From NCBI RefSeq assembly GCF_003351905.1, contig NZ_CP022339.1, positions 30,001-62,000 of the forward strand: DNA of 32,000 bases. Reading direction: 5' to 3'. Origin of the DNA: Candidatus Saccharimonadota bacterium (GTDB taxonomy: Bacteria > Bacteroidota > Bacteroidia > Cytophagales > Amoebophilaceae). The position numbers and the translations under genes are program-made. Below the pieces are notes generated by a model, which saw only the letters and a program-made list of their open reading frames with translations, ran no database searches and had not been told where the DNA came from. This document shows, one piece after another, positions 8,922 to 18,753 of the stretch (its first letter is position 1; every line of letters begins with the position of its first letter).

Positions 8922-10259
8922 TTGGATATCCAGTTTAATAAAATTAATCCTAATTATGGGGTTATTGTCATTACGTTATATGAACCTGATTATAAGTCAT
9001 TTGTAGATAAGCAGCTGAAGCATTATGCGCAGCATGTTCGTTTGAAAGGTTTCAGATTGGGGGCTGTTCCTGCAGATCTTATTAAAAAGATGTATGGTCT
9101 TTCTATTCTTGCTGAGGAGCTAGATAAAGTGGCTGGAGCTGCTTTAAAGGATTACATTACCCAATCGTCTATTCCCATTTTTATAGAGCCACTTTGCACG
9201 ACCCCTGCTAAAACGATGGATCTTCAAAATCAACATACGTTTACCTTCTCTTATGAAGTTGGGTTAATGGAAGAGCGTTCTATTGTATTAGGTCCTGATA
9301 TTTTTGTTACTGAGTTTGAAATAGATCGTGTTGAGTCTAAGTTGGTGGATGAGTTTTTAATAGGGTTGCAACTTGTGCATGGTCAATCTGTTCAGCTTGA
9401 AGCGAGTGCACTAGACGCTATATTACAGGGTACACTTATAGATAGTACCGAGGCAGTTGGTCTGGATATTCGTATTGCTATCATGCATATTCCTGAGCAT
9501 TTACGTGCACCATTTATAGGGCTTCGTGTGGGTGATAAGGTGATGGTCACAGAGGAAATGTTGGAGGGGCATTTTTCTGCCCTTTTAGGTATAAGTTTTG
9601 GTCAGCTTGCTACCTTTAAAAGATGTCCGTCTGCTTGGCCAGCTATTTTTACGGTTGGTAGCATCCTTCGTGTTGCCCCAGCGCCTATTGAGCCTGAGCT
9701 TTTTGATCGTGTATTAGGCAAAGGAGTTGCTGGTTCTGAAAGTGAGTTTAGAGAGGCTATTGGTAAAATTATCTTATTCGACAAACGTACAGAAGCGCGT
9801 CATGCCTTCTATGCGCAGCTACGAGAGGCGTTTTGTAAGCATAACGTAGTTAACCTGCCAGAGGATTATCTTAAAAGATGGCTTTTCTTCAATAATCCAG
9901 AGGCTACGCTTAAAGAGGTAGAAGACTACTATCATGCCCATGAAGAAAGCTTAAAATGGGAAATCCTCTTAGGCAGTATAGTGCGTCAGAATGGCTTAGC
10001 TGTTACGTCATCGGATGTAGTAGATGAGACCAAACGCGCATATCTTGATTATGCCCATAACAATGGTTTACAAATCGACACCAGTGATGCTGCTATTCAT
10101 GCAGGTGCTCTTTCTTTTCTACAGGGTAATGAAGGGAGTAAATATTATTCCAAATTGCATAATCAGTTGAGTAGAGATAAGGCTATAAATTTTATAAAAG
10201 AACAAATAACTGTAGTAACTGAAACGGTTACGGCTGAAGCATTTGATGCAAGAAGATAG
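8922..10259 (+). CDS. tig: Trigger factor
   Basis: 445 aa. The N-terminal ribosome-binding signature GFRLGAVP (GFRxGxxP) is present and the overall length and layout fit trigger factor. The track uses a TTG start. Confidence 0.75.
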   Translation: MDIQFNKINPNYGVIVITLYEPDYKSFVDKQLKHYAQHVRLKGFRLGAVPADLIKKMYGLSILAEELDKVAGAALKDYITQSSIPIFIEPLCTTPAKTMDLQNQHTFTFSYEVGLMEERSIVLGPDIFVTEFEIDRVESKLVDEFLIGLQLVHGQSVQLEASALDAILQGTLIDSTEAVGLDIRIAIMHIPEHLRAPFIGLRVGDKVMVTEEMLEGHFSALLGISFGQLATFKRCPSAWPAIFTVGSILRVAPAPIEPELFDRVLGKGVAGSESEFREAIGKIILFDKRTEARHAFYAQLREAFCKHNVVNLPEDYLKRWLFFNNPEATLKEVEDYYHAHEESLKWEILLGSIVRQNGLAVTSSDVVDETKRAYLDYAHNNGLQIDTSDAAIHAGALSFLQGNEGSKYYSKLHNQLSRDKAINFIKEQITVVTETVTAEAFDARR

Positions 10260-10689
10260 TTTATGGATCTTGTGCTTTTTATCCATGCTCCATTGAATGG
10301 ATAATTCGTATCTGTTCATATTACTGGTTAATGATGAACTTTATCCCACTGTTTTATCAAACAAAAAGTAAAAAAATGCCTTACTAACCATGGCGTGAAT
10401 AGACCCTTTTTAATAGCCTTTAATGCGCAATCATTTGGGCATCTCTTTAACGGTTCTTTGCACACCTCACTTAGGCTTCCCTTCAATCCATACGAGTCCT
10501 AAAGCAAACGAAACCACCATAGAACAGTTTGTGAAAATATACAGGCTTATTGACCTTATAAAAAACTTCAAAACCTGAATTAAATAATTAAATTATTTAA
10601 ACTTAATATCAGTCGAAACTTAATGCTACATTTTTATTGTAACAACTCTTACGAATCACACAACTGATAATAATTCTTTATTCTTTTAT

Positions 10690-11169
10690 GGAATGCCCTA
10701 AGTTTAGATTGCAAAGTATAGTGGTTTGTTCGAGCAACACAGCTGTCAATAGAAGCTAAGGGATCCCAAGCAGACCTAGGTGTAGCTATAAATCATGCAG
10801 CATCACTCTGAGGTAATGCCCAATTTATAAACTTTTCAACGTATTGAAGGATAACTTCAATGCGTTGGTTTAGATCAAATAGATGCAATATACCCAGCCA
10901 ATTTTCTATAGGATGGGATATAAATGTCTCATGATTAAGCTTATAAATTAATGATGTGATGCATCATTGGCATCGAATAATCCTTTTTCCTTTAATAGTT
11001 CCCACCAAGGTGCAATGGATAAGGGGAAAATGCTGCTTCCGTATGGATCTCTATCCATATAAGAGGTGGTTGTTTGCCCATCTAGATGTACATTGGACTT
11101 AAGGTTAGGCAGCTTGTTACAAGAGGTATAGAGTAACTGTATGAATAGCCAGACCATACTATAAAGCAT
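10690..11169 (-). pseudogene. Probable frameshifted gene relic of unknown family
   Basis: The 73-aa ORF 10948-11169 ends ...APWWELLKEKGLFDANDASHH*. Protein-like reading then continues downstream in a different frame (IYKLNHETFISHPIENWLGILHLFDLNQRIEVILQYVEKFINWALPQSDAA*) and in a third frame (FIATPRSAWDPLASIDSCVARTNHYTLQ). No family was recognised. Confidence 0.3.
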
Positions 11170-11345
11170 AGGATTATTCCTTGGCTAGATGAATCTTTGA
11201 CCTAAAAAAACTACCATACAAAAAGTTACATTGACAGCTATGCAGGTCAAAATAAATAGACAGCTGCTTAGTTTATTTAAAACTGTTTAAAAATCCTAAT
11301 AGTAGGGGTGCTAAGCTGGGATATCAGGCTGTTTATCATCATCCT

Positions 11346-13742
11346 TTAAGCAATAGCTGGGTAGCGTAGTGGGTCCACTTGATGCATCATCATATATATT
11401 TTACCCATTACTTCTTCTATATTAGGTTTAGAAAAATAGTTGCCATCATCTCCATAGGCGGGGCGATGGGGTTGGCTACTAATGGTTATGGGTGGCGCAT
11501 CCAACATGGCATAGCCATGTTGTGTTTCCAAGACTTGTTGCATCATATAGGCGGTCGTACCACCTGGCACATCTTCATCTGCAAAAACAATGCGATTGGT
11601 TTTAGCTAGTGATTGTACAATAGTATGATGCACATCAAAAGGTAATAAGGTTTGTACATCAATGACTTCACATGCAATACCTAAAGCAGAAAGCCTGTCT
11701 GCTGCAGCACAAACAATACGACACATTGCACCATAGGTTACAATGGTCACATCGTTGCCTACACGTAGTAGCTCGGGCACACCTATAGGTATGGTCATGG
11801 TTGCCACATTACTAGGCATAGGCTCCTTTAAGCGGTAACCATTTAAACACTCAATGATTAAGGCAATATCATCGGATTGCATCATCGTATTATAGAAACC
11901 GGCTGCTTGGGTCATATTACGCGGTAAAAGTAGATAGATACCCCTGATGGCATGCATAATGCTCGATATATAGGAACCGGCGTGCCAAATGCCTTCTAAG
12001 CGATGACCTCTTGTCCGAATGATCATAGGTGCTTTTTGACCTCCTTTGGTTCTATAATGTAGGGTGGCTAAATCATCTTCTATAATTTGAAGGGCATAAG
12101 GCAGATAGTCCAAATACTGTATTTCAACGATGGGCCTTAGTCCACGCATAGCAGCACCAATACCTTGACCAATCATGGTGCATTCTCGAATGCTGGTATC
12201 TGTCACACGTAATGGCCCATATAACGCTTGCAGATCTGCAAAACCTTGGTTTACATCACCTATTTTGCCTAAATCTTGTCCAATAGCGAATACGCGTCCA
12301 TCACGTTCTAATAATGATTTGAAACAACTGCATAGGATTTCTCTCCCATCTACTTGCTCAGGGTTTTCTATATAAGTAGGTGGATGCCCTTTTATACCTA
12401 AAGCAGCATACCTAGAGCTGCTATAAAGATGGCTGCTAAATCTTTTTTCATTGTCCCTTCTATTTTTATGCCACCAAGCCAGTATACCCTTTTTATGCAT
12501 ATAAGGTACTTCCCGTAAGGTATAGAGGGCTTGCGTGGCTGCTTGGGTGGTATCTAAGTGACGGGGGTGTGGTAGGGTAGCTAGTGCATCCATAATGGTT
12601 GGAAGCGCATTATGGCCTGCTGCCTCTTTGGGCCATACGATATCATTTAACAAATTCAACAACGCTTGTCTTTCTTGATGGTTTTCATCTATTAATGCCT
12701 GCCAGGCTTTTTGTTGCGCTGATTTTACTTTTTCATCTGCTGCTAAAGCAATTTGTTTGAGTTTGTCTTGCGTGGCTATGCCACTTGTTACCATCCATGC
12801 TGCCATCTTGGGTAGGCAATCATATGCCTTTTCCCATCTTAATCGTTCTACTGACTTATAACGTTCGTGAGACCCGGAGGTAGAATGACCTTGTGGCTGC
12901 GTGAGTTCTTTCACGTGAATCAGTACAGGAACATGTTCCGTTCTACAGATGGCGACTGCTTGCTGATAGGTGCTACATAAGTCTAAATAGTCCCATCCCT
13001 TCGTAACAAATATGGCATAACCAGGTTGTCGCTTGGTCCGTTTAAAGCCTGCTAGAACGGCAGAAATATCTCCCTTGGTGGTATGATACGATTGGGGTAC
13101 AGAGATACCATATCCATCATCCCAAATGGAAATACACATGGGTACTTGCAAAACCCCTCCTGCATTAATGGTTTCAAAAAACATACCCTCCGAGGTACTA
13201 GCGTCGCCAATTGTTCCAAAAGCAACTTCATTCCCTTGATTAGAGAAATTTTTTTGCATGCCTTGAAAGGCAGTAGCACGATAGAGTTTAGAAGCATAGG
13301 CTAGTCCCAATAGTCTGGGCATTTGTGCACCCGTACAGGATAGGTCTGCTGAGACATTTTTACTGGTTAGTTGATTGAGCCAATTGCCCGCTGGGTCTAT
13401 AAATCTGGTTGCAAAGTGGCTGTTCATCATTCTCCCCCCAGAAGCTGGGTCTGCCTCTATAGAGGCGTGTGCATATAATTGGGCAAAGTATTGTTGCCAG
13501 GTTAACGCACCAATGGCAACCATAAAGGTTTGGTCTCTGTAGTAACCAGCGCGCCAATCTCCAGCTTGGAAATATTTAGCCATAGCGAGTTGCGCAACCT
13601 CTTTACCATCTCCAAAAATCCCAAATTTGGCCTTGCCTGCAAAAACCTCTTTGCGTGCCAATAGACTTGCTGCTCTGCTTTCGCAGGCTATGCGGTAGTC
13701 AGTCAATGCTTCAGTAGGCGTAATGGATAAGGGTTTAAACAT
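11346..13742 (-). CDS. Fused E1 alpha/beta subunit of a TPP-dependent 2-oxoacid dehydrogenase
   Basis: 798 aa. The N-terminal half is E1-alpha-like (GIFGDGKEVAQ, GTIGDASTSEG). The C-terminal half is E1-beta/transketolase-like (IGQDLGKIGDVNQGF, IRECTMIGQGIGAAMRGLRPIVEIQYLDY). This fusion architecture is common in Bacteroidota. Confidence 0.8.
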   Translation of the reverse strand: MFKPLSITPTEALTDYRIACESRAASLLARKEVFAGKAKFGIFGDGKEVAQLAMAKYFQAGDWRAGYYRDQTFMVAIGALTWQQYFAQLYAHASIEADPASGGRMMNSHFATRFIDPAGNWLNQLTSKNVSADLSCTGAQMPRLLGLAYASKLYRATAFQGMQKNFSNQGNEVAFGTIGDASTSEGMFFETINAGGVLQVPMCISIWDDGYGISVPQSYHTTKGDISAVLAGFKRTKRQPGYAIFVTKGWDYLDLCSTYQQAVAICRTEHVPVLIHVKELTQPQGHSTSGSHERYKSVERLRWEKAYDCLPKMAAWMVTSGIATQDKLKQIALAADEKVKSAQQKAWQALIDENHQERQALLNLLNDIVWPKEAAGHNALPTIMDALATLPHPRHLDTTQAATQALYTLREVPYMHKKGILAWWHKNRRDNEKRFSSHLYSSSRYAALGIKGHPPTYIENPEQVDGREILCSCFKSLLERDGRVFAIGQDLGKIGDVNQGFADLQALYGPLRVTDTSIRECTMIGQGIGAAMRGLRPIVEIQYLDYLPYALQIIEDDLATLHYRTKGGQKAPMIIRTRGHRLEGIWHAGSYISSIMHAIRGIYLLLPRNMTQAAGFYNTMMQSDDIALIIECLNGYRLKEPMPSNVATMTIPIGVPELLRVGNDVTIVTYGAMCRIVCAAADRLSALGIACEVIDVQTLLPFDVHHTIVQSLAKTNRIVFADEDVPGGTTAYMMQQVLETQHGYAMLDAPPITISSQPHRPAYGDDGNYFSKPNIEEVMGKIYMMMHQVDPLRYPAIA

Positions 13743-14111
13743 ATGCTTGTTACAATCGCTACGCTAGATGATCAATGCTCTATTTCATGGGTAAATTTAA
13801 ATGCTTTTTAATTCATTACCTATAACGATTAGATCTTTTTTGCGCGCTCATCACAAGGTGTTATTGGGTAGCCAGATAGGGCTGTAACCTATATAAGAGG
13901 GCTTCCATAGGGTAAAGCATTCACCTAGGATAGATGAGCACTGACTATTTGTCAGTATTTGGCTAGCTATACTTGATAGATTCCATGCATCAAGCTGTTT
14001 GGCATGAAATATGCTGTAATGCAGATCAGATTAAAGTCCGTGCAGTCAGATTATATGGTGTACGTTTTAATTGAGATGTATACGATCAACTATTATTATA
14101 AAATATACGTT

Positions 14112-14390
14112 ATGAGCAAAGTTCATATAAAACCATTGGCTGATCGGGTGCTAGTAGAACCTGCAGCAGCGGAAGAGAAAACAGTAGGCGGGATTATTAT
14201 TCCTGATAGTGCTAAAGAAAAACCTCAAAAAGGTGAAATTATTGCAGTAGGCCCAGGAAAGAAGGATGAACCTATGACCGTTAAAGTAGGGGATAAGGTG
14301 CTTTATGGGCAATATAGTGGTACGGAGTTACAAATAGATGGTAAGCTCTATCTTATTATGAAAGAATCTGATATTTATGCCATTGCTTAG
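14112..14390 (+). CDS. groES: Co-chaperonin GroES
   Basis: [17 protein letters not shown] ... [24 protein letters not shown]. The ATG at 14112 is preferred; the track ORF from 14004 adds an implausible leader. Confidence 0.9.
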   Translation: MSKVHIKPLADRVLVEPAAAEEKTVGGIIIPDSAKEKPQKGEIIAVGPGKKDEPMTVKVGDKVLYGQYSGTELQIDGKLYLIMKESDIYAIA

Positions 14391-14438
14391 TAGCATGGCA
14401 ATAGTGAGTCAGTTCTTATAACCTTAAAATAATGTACT

Positions 14439-16076
14439 ATGGCAAAGAATATAATTTTTGATGCAGAAGCAAGAGAAAAATTGAAGAGAGGGATTGATAC
14501 CATGGCCAATGCTGTGAAGATTACGTTAGGTCCAAAAGGTAGAAATGTCATTGTAGATAAAAAGTTTGGTGCTCCTAGTGTTACTAAAGATGGTGTATCG
14601 GTGGCAAAAGAAATTAGCCTTAAAGACCCTGTAGAAAACATGGGTGCACAGCTCGTCAAGGAAGTAGCATCTAAAACAGCAGATAGTGCTGGAGATGGTA
14701 CGACTACTGCTACCCTCTTGGCACAGTCTATTTTTACACATGGCATTAAAAATGTCGCAGCAGGTGCCAAGCCTATGGGTATCAAACGTGGCATAGACAA
14801 AGGGGTAGAAGCAGTGGTTAAAAAGTTGCAAGAGATTTCTAAGAAGATTCACAACTCCAAAGAAATAGAACAGGTAGCCACTATTTCCGCTAATAGCGAT
14901 AGCAAAATCGGTAAAATGATGGCAGATGCTATGGATAAAGTGGGTAAAGATGGTGTGATTACCGTAGAAGAGGCGAAGGGTACGGAAACAGAAGTTAAAG
15001 TAGTGGAGGGAATGGAGTTTGATCGAGGCTATCTATCTCCTTATTTTGCCACTAATACAGAAAAAATGGAAGTAGAGCTTTCCAATCCTTATATCCTCAT
15101 TTGTGATAAGAAGATTTCTGTAATGAAAGATCTGTTACCTATTCTAGAGGCGGTTTCTCAAAGTGGACGACCGTTGGTGATGATTGCTGAAGATGTAGAT
15201 GGGGAAGCATTGGCTACACTGGTTGTAAATAAAATCCGAGGTGTATTGCGTGTGGCTGCTGTAAAGGCACCTGGATTTGGCGATAGAAGAAAAGCGATGT
15301 TGGAGGATATTGCTGTGCTTACAGGGGGTACCGTAATTTCTGAAGAAAAGGGTTGTAAGCTTGAAGCCGCTACTTTACAGTGCTTAGGTACAGCAGAAAA
15401 AGTTAATATCGATAAAGACCATACCGTTATTGTGCATGGTGGGGGCCAGAAGAAGGATATCGAAGCTAGAGTGGCTCAGATTAAGGCGCAAGTAGCCCAT
15501 GCTACTTCTGAATACGATAAAGAAAAACTGCAAGAACGATTGGCAAAGTTAGCTGGTGGTGTGGCGATTCTATATATTGGCGCAGCTACAGAGGTAGAAA
15601 TGAAGGAGAAAAAAGACCGTGTAGAGGATGCATTGCATGCTACAAGAGCAGCGGTACAAGAGGGTATTGTTCCAGGTGGGGGCGTTGCCTTGTTACGTGT
15701 AGCTACATCTGGGGTATTAGATGCTATAGCGGTAGAGAATGAAGACGAGCGGACTGGTATCAATATTTTAAAGCTTGCATTAGAGTCTCCTTTAAGGACT
15801 ATTGTGGAAAATGCAGGTGGTGAGGCATCTGTAGTGGTACAACGTGTCAAAGAAGGTAAAGAATCGTTTGGATATAATGCTCGTACAGATACATTTGAAG
15901 ATCTCTATGCAGCTGGCATCATTGATCCAACTAAAGTAACTAGACTTGCATTAGAGCATGCGGCTTCTATCGCTTCTCTTTTACTCACTACAGCTTGTGT
16001 AGTAGCAGATGATCCTGAGGATGAAAAAGCTGCTCCTATGCCTCAAATGGGTGGTGGAATGGGTGGTATGATGTAA
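14439..16076 (+). CDS. groEL: Chaperonin GroEL
   Basis: 545 aa. [49 protein letters not shown], and a C-terminal GGM tail MGGGMGGMM. Confidence 0.95.
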   Translation: MAKNIIFDAEAREKLKRGIDTMANAVKITLGPKGRNVIVDKKFGAPSVTKDGVSVAKEISLKDPVENMGAQLVKEVASKTADSAGDGTTTATLLAQSIFTHGIKNVAAGAKPMGIKRGIDKGVEAVVKKLQEISKKIHNSKEIEQVATISANSDSKIGKMMADAMDKVGKDGVITVEEAKGTETEVKVVEGMEFDRGYLSPYFATNTEKMEVELSNPYILICDKKISVMKDLLPILEAVSQSGRPLVMIAEDVDGEALATLVVNKIRGVLRVAAVKAPGFGDRRKAMLEDIAVLTGGTVISEEKGCKLEAATLQCLGTAEKVNIDKDHTVIVHGGGQKKDIEARVAQIKAQVAHATSEYDKEKLQERLAKLAGGVAILYIGAATEVEMKEKKDRVEDALHATRAAVQEGIVPGGGVALLRVATSGVLDAIAVENEDERTGINILKLALESPLRTIVENAGGEASVVVQRVKEGKESFGYNARTDTFEDLYAAGIIDPTKVTRLALEHAASIASLLLTTACVVADDPEDEKAAPMPQMGGGMGGMM

Positions 16077-16098
16077 CATGTTGAGTAGCCTATTGTTG

Positions 16099-16140
16099 CA
16101 ATTAGGTGGTTGGCAACCAGTCAATCACCTAATTGTTTTA
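16099..16140 (+). terminator. Rho-independent-type terminator after groEL, overlapping the 3' end of the convergent gene
   Basis: Perfect 10-bp stem CAATTAGGTG (16099-16108) / CACCTAATTG (16126-16135) with a 17-nt loop, followed by TTTTA. Confidence 0.55.
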
Positions 16141-17243
16141 CCAATTGTAATAAGTTTTCCATTAAGGATTTCAATAGCCATACGCTTACGAAAGTAGGGC
16201 ATATCATGCTCCGTAAAATTGATTGGAAGATCTCGTGACACGTAGTCAGCAAATTGACATATAAAGACACCGCAATCACTTCCGTTGCTTTGTGCTGGTT
16301 CCTTCAAGTAACTACATCTCCATGCTTTTGTATCCTTTTTTGTTGCTTGCTTATTGGCCACTGCATCCGTAAAGAATTGTAGGAGTTTCTTGAGACCACC
16401 ATCGTTTGCGTTTCCTAGCGAATCATAATACCGAATAGTCTTTTTACGCAAATCAATCACTACTAAACACCAATGGTTGCCTAGATGGATAGGCACAAGC
16501 ACTATATCATAAGAAAATAGATCTATTTTTTTGATCCAATTCTTCATGGTTTGATAACTTTGGTCTTTTTGGGAAAGTTTTGTGAAAAAATAAGTATTGA
16601 ATGCATAAACTTTTGGCAGTACGACATTCTCCTGATCTTCTGAGCGTTTATGAATCATACCCATATATGCGTTGATGATATGATCATTAAGCCAACGGGA
16701 CGCTTTTAAACGGATCAGATCTTCTTGTCTAATCTCTATACCTTCTACATGGGTCAACAGTGTTCCAGGTGGGGCGCTAAAAGCTTGCTCCACTTGGTCA
16801 AGCATTTCCTTGCTTAAGGTCATATTTTGTAGAGACAGCGATGATTCGTCTAGTATACAACTATTTCCTGTTTGGTTTTCCCTATTTTCGAGCAGCGGTA
16901 TGGACTGTATAGCTACTTTTCGTGTTGGTTTACCCGTTAAATCTTTATACGCATTATTTTTATGCGTTGTTGTTGCATTACCTGCGCGATATTTTTTATT
17001 GTTTTTAGCTGCATTTGTACATGATTCAGTATATTGAAGCGTTGGTTGTATAGCTGCTTTGCTTGTGGGTGGTGTACTATCCTTGCAAGCTTTGTATCTA
17101 TTATTTTCATGAGGTCTGCCTGATCTACTTAATAGTTTATTGTTTTTATTTGAATTTGTACATGATGCAGCATGGAGCATGGTAGAGACAACAAAGATCC
17201 GCGCAAAGAGAAAATGGAACTTTATACAGTGATGGGTAATCAT
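16125..17243 (-). CDS. Ulp1/SENP-like cysteine protease (peptidase C48, clan CE) with a lipoprotein-type signal peptide
   Basis: The C-terminal domain has the ordered signature WLNDHIINAYM, VPIHLGNHWCLVVID (His), YYDSLG (Asp) and QSNGSDCGVFICQFADY (Gln and Cys). The N-terminus MITHHCIKFHFLFARIFVVSTMLHAASC looks like a signal peptide plus lipobox. Confidence 0.8.
   Translation of the reverse strand: MITHHCIKFHFLFARIFVVSTMLHAASCTNSNKNNKLLSRSGRPHENNRYKACKDSTPPTSKAAIQPTLQYTESCTNAAKNNKKYRAGNATTTHKNNAYKDLTGKPTRKVAIQSIPLLENRENQTGNSCILDESSLSLQNMTLSKEMLDQVEQAFSAPPGTLLTHVEGIEIRQEDLIRLKASRWLNDHIINAYMGMIHKRSEDQENVVLPKVYAFNTYFFTKLSQKDQSYQTMKNWIKKIDLFSYDIVLVPIHLGNHWCLVVIDLRKKTIRYYDSLGNANDGGLKKLLQFFTDAVANKQATKKDTKAWRCSYLKEPAQSNGSDCGVFICQFADYVSRDLPINFTEHDMPYFRKRMAIEILNGKLITIGKTIR
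16887..17165 (-). repeat. Tandem ~47-codon duplication in the N-terminal linker of the Ulp1-like protein
   Basis: SCTNSNKNNKLLSRSGRPHENNRYKACKDSTPPTSKAAIQPTLQYTE is followed by SCTNAAKNNKKYRAGNATTTHKNNAYKDLTGKPTRKVAIQSIPLLE. At DNA level TTTGTACATGAT recurs about 141 bp apart. Confidence 0.7.
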
Positions 17244-17250
17244 GAGACAA

Positions 17251-18534
17251 TTATTCGTTAAAAACCTTACCGATCAAAAGTCTATTTGGTTTGTGCTTTT
17301 TCATCATCAATAAAATGAAGGGTAGATTGTAGCCATTGTTCTGTTTTTTGCTACCCTTTCCTATTTGGCCTATGTTAATTTTTAATGCATAATTCCCAGG
17401 TTTTAAAGTTGGATTAGTGGTTAAAATAGCTTTCCAGTCAGAAAGCTGTATTGGCTTTTTGTTAGCTAGGGCTATACCGAATTCGCTTGTATAAGAGTGA
17501 TTATTCAATGTGACTGAAATAGATTTAATGAAATATTTGTCTGTTATCCCTGTTGCTTTTAGCATAATAGGATGCGTACTTCCTGCTTGTATGGTCATGT
17601 CTTTTAAGGTAAACCTTGGTTCAGCCGGTATAGTATAGCTTTGCGTCAAATGCTCCTTTAAAGTATCTGTTTCGTCTTGGTTTAGGCAATCGTGTTCGTT
17701 GTCGGTTGCATAATCGTTTTGCGGTATTTCATTATTGGATACATTTTTCTTGTCGTCTTTGGCTTCATCTTTGATAACATCAATAATGCATTGTACCGAT
17801 TGTTCTGTTTTTCGGCTACCTTTGCCTTTTTTGCCTATTCTAATATTGAGTAGGTAACGTCTAGCTTGTAGTGCTGGATCAGCCGTTACGGTAATGCACA
17901 AACCAGAAGATGGTATGGACGTGCCTTCAAGTTGTTTTACTTGAAATTCCTTTGTGTAGTAGTCTCTATTTTGTTTGGTTGCATTTTTTTTGGGTTTGGC
18001 TGCTTTGACTGAAATAGACTTAATAACATATCCTTCTGTCTGGCCAGTTACCTCTAGCATGGTAGATTGCTGCGTACCTGCTTTTATAGAGATATCTTTT
18101 AAGCTAAAACTAGGTGGCACATCTACTGGATGCGTTGGTTCCGCATCTGCTTTCAAGCTTTCATCCGGATGAGGGTCTGTCATTTGGTTGGCTGTGGAAG
18201 TTGTGGCCTGGTCTGCTTGATCTAGTGGATCTATTTCTGTTGAATGAGTGGTACGATAAGTGTTTTGTGCTTGATTTTTAAGTATATATTTTACCTGATT
18301 TTTAGCCGTATTGTTTTTACACGAGCTAGCATTTGCCAAAAGCAGTAGTATCAAAAAACGGCCATACCATGTGATAAGCTTATTAGGGCGTTTGCGAAAC
18401 TCGATTGTAAATGGCCATGCTGCAGTTTGCCTCTGCCCTTTCAATAGATTTAAGCATCCTGCGGTACCCGACCGCGTTGCTACTAAAAATTGCACCCCCC
18501 AAATGGGCTGCGCAAGCGATCTATTAAAGAACAT
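17251..18534 (-). CDS. Secreted or lipoprotein-like protein with two tandem ~110-aa domains of unknown family
   Basis: Internal repeat: SFSLKDISIKAGTQQSTMLEVTGQTEGYVIKSISV ... LLNIRIGKKGKGSRK versus RFTLKDMTIQAGSTHPIMLKATGITDKYFIKSISV ... ALKINIGQIGKGSKK. The lipobox-like LLLLANASSC lies about 70 aa into the ORF, so the true start is uncertain. The stop is 8 nt before the Ulp1-like gene. Confidence 0.55.
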   Translation of the reverse strand: MFFNRSLAQPIWGVQFLVATRSGTAGCLNLLKGQRQTAAWPFTIEFRKRPNKLITWYGRFLILLLLANASSCKNNTAKNQVKYILKNQAQNTYRTTHSTEIDPLDQADQATTSTANQMTDPHPDESLKADAEPTHPVDVPPSFSLKDISIKAGTQQSTMLEVTGQTEGYVIKSISVKAAKPKKNATKQNRDYYTKEFQVKQLEGTSIPSSGLCITVTADPALQARRYLLNIRIGKKGKGSRKTEQSVQCIIDVIKDEAKDDKKNVSNNEIPQNDYATDNEHDCLNQDETDTLKEHLTQSYTIPAEPRFTLKDMTIQAGSTHPIMLKATGITDKYFIKSISVTLNNHSYTSEFGIALANKKPIQLSDWKAILTTNPTLKPGNYALKINIGQIGKGSKKQNNGYNLPFILLMMKKHKPNRLLIGKVFNE

Positions 18535-18753
18535 CAACCTATCTATATTTTATAGTGCTTATAAACTGGCTTTTACTATTGAATTTTAATATAAATAAAA
18601 TAATTTGTTTTGTCAACAGGGCAACAAAAGGGGCGTTTATAATTTTTTAGCTATCTATCACGTAGTTTATAATAATTTTTGATCATAGCAACCTATCAGC
18701 ATTGCCATTTTATATAAGATTACCTATCTTGAAATTGTTTATTGTTTGATTCT

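Noticed and set aside
13935-13961. CIRCE-like heat-shock operator upstream of groES
   Set aside because: The left arm TGAGCACTG matches the CIRCE arm TTAGCACTC at 7 of 9 positions. After a 9-nt spacer the right arm CAGTATTTG matches GAGTGCTAA at only 4 of 9. What is really present is a short inverted repeat ACTGAC-N5-GTCAGT, which is not enough to call CIRCE.
14387-15850. ORFs of 108-137 aa on the minus strand inside groEL (14387-14800, 14526-14852, 15476-15850)
   Set aside because: They are antisense shadow ORFs within a highly conserved, clearly coding gene. Their composition is low-complexity and no motifs were seen.
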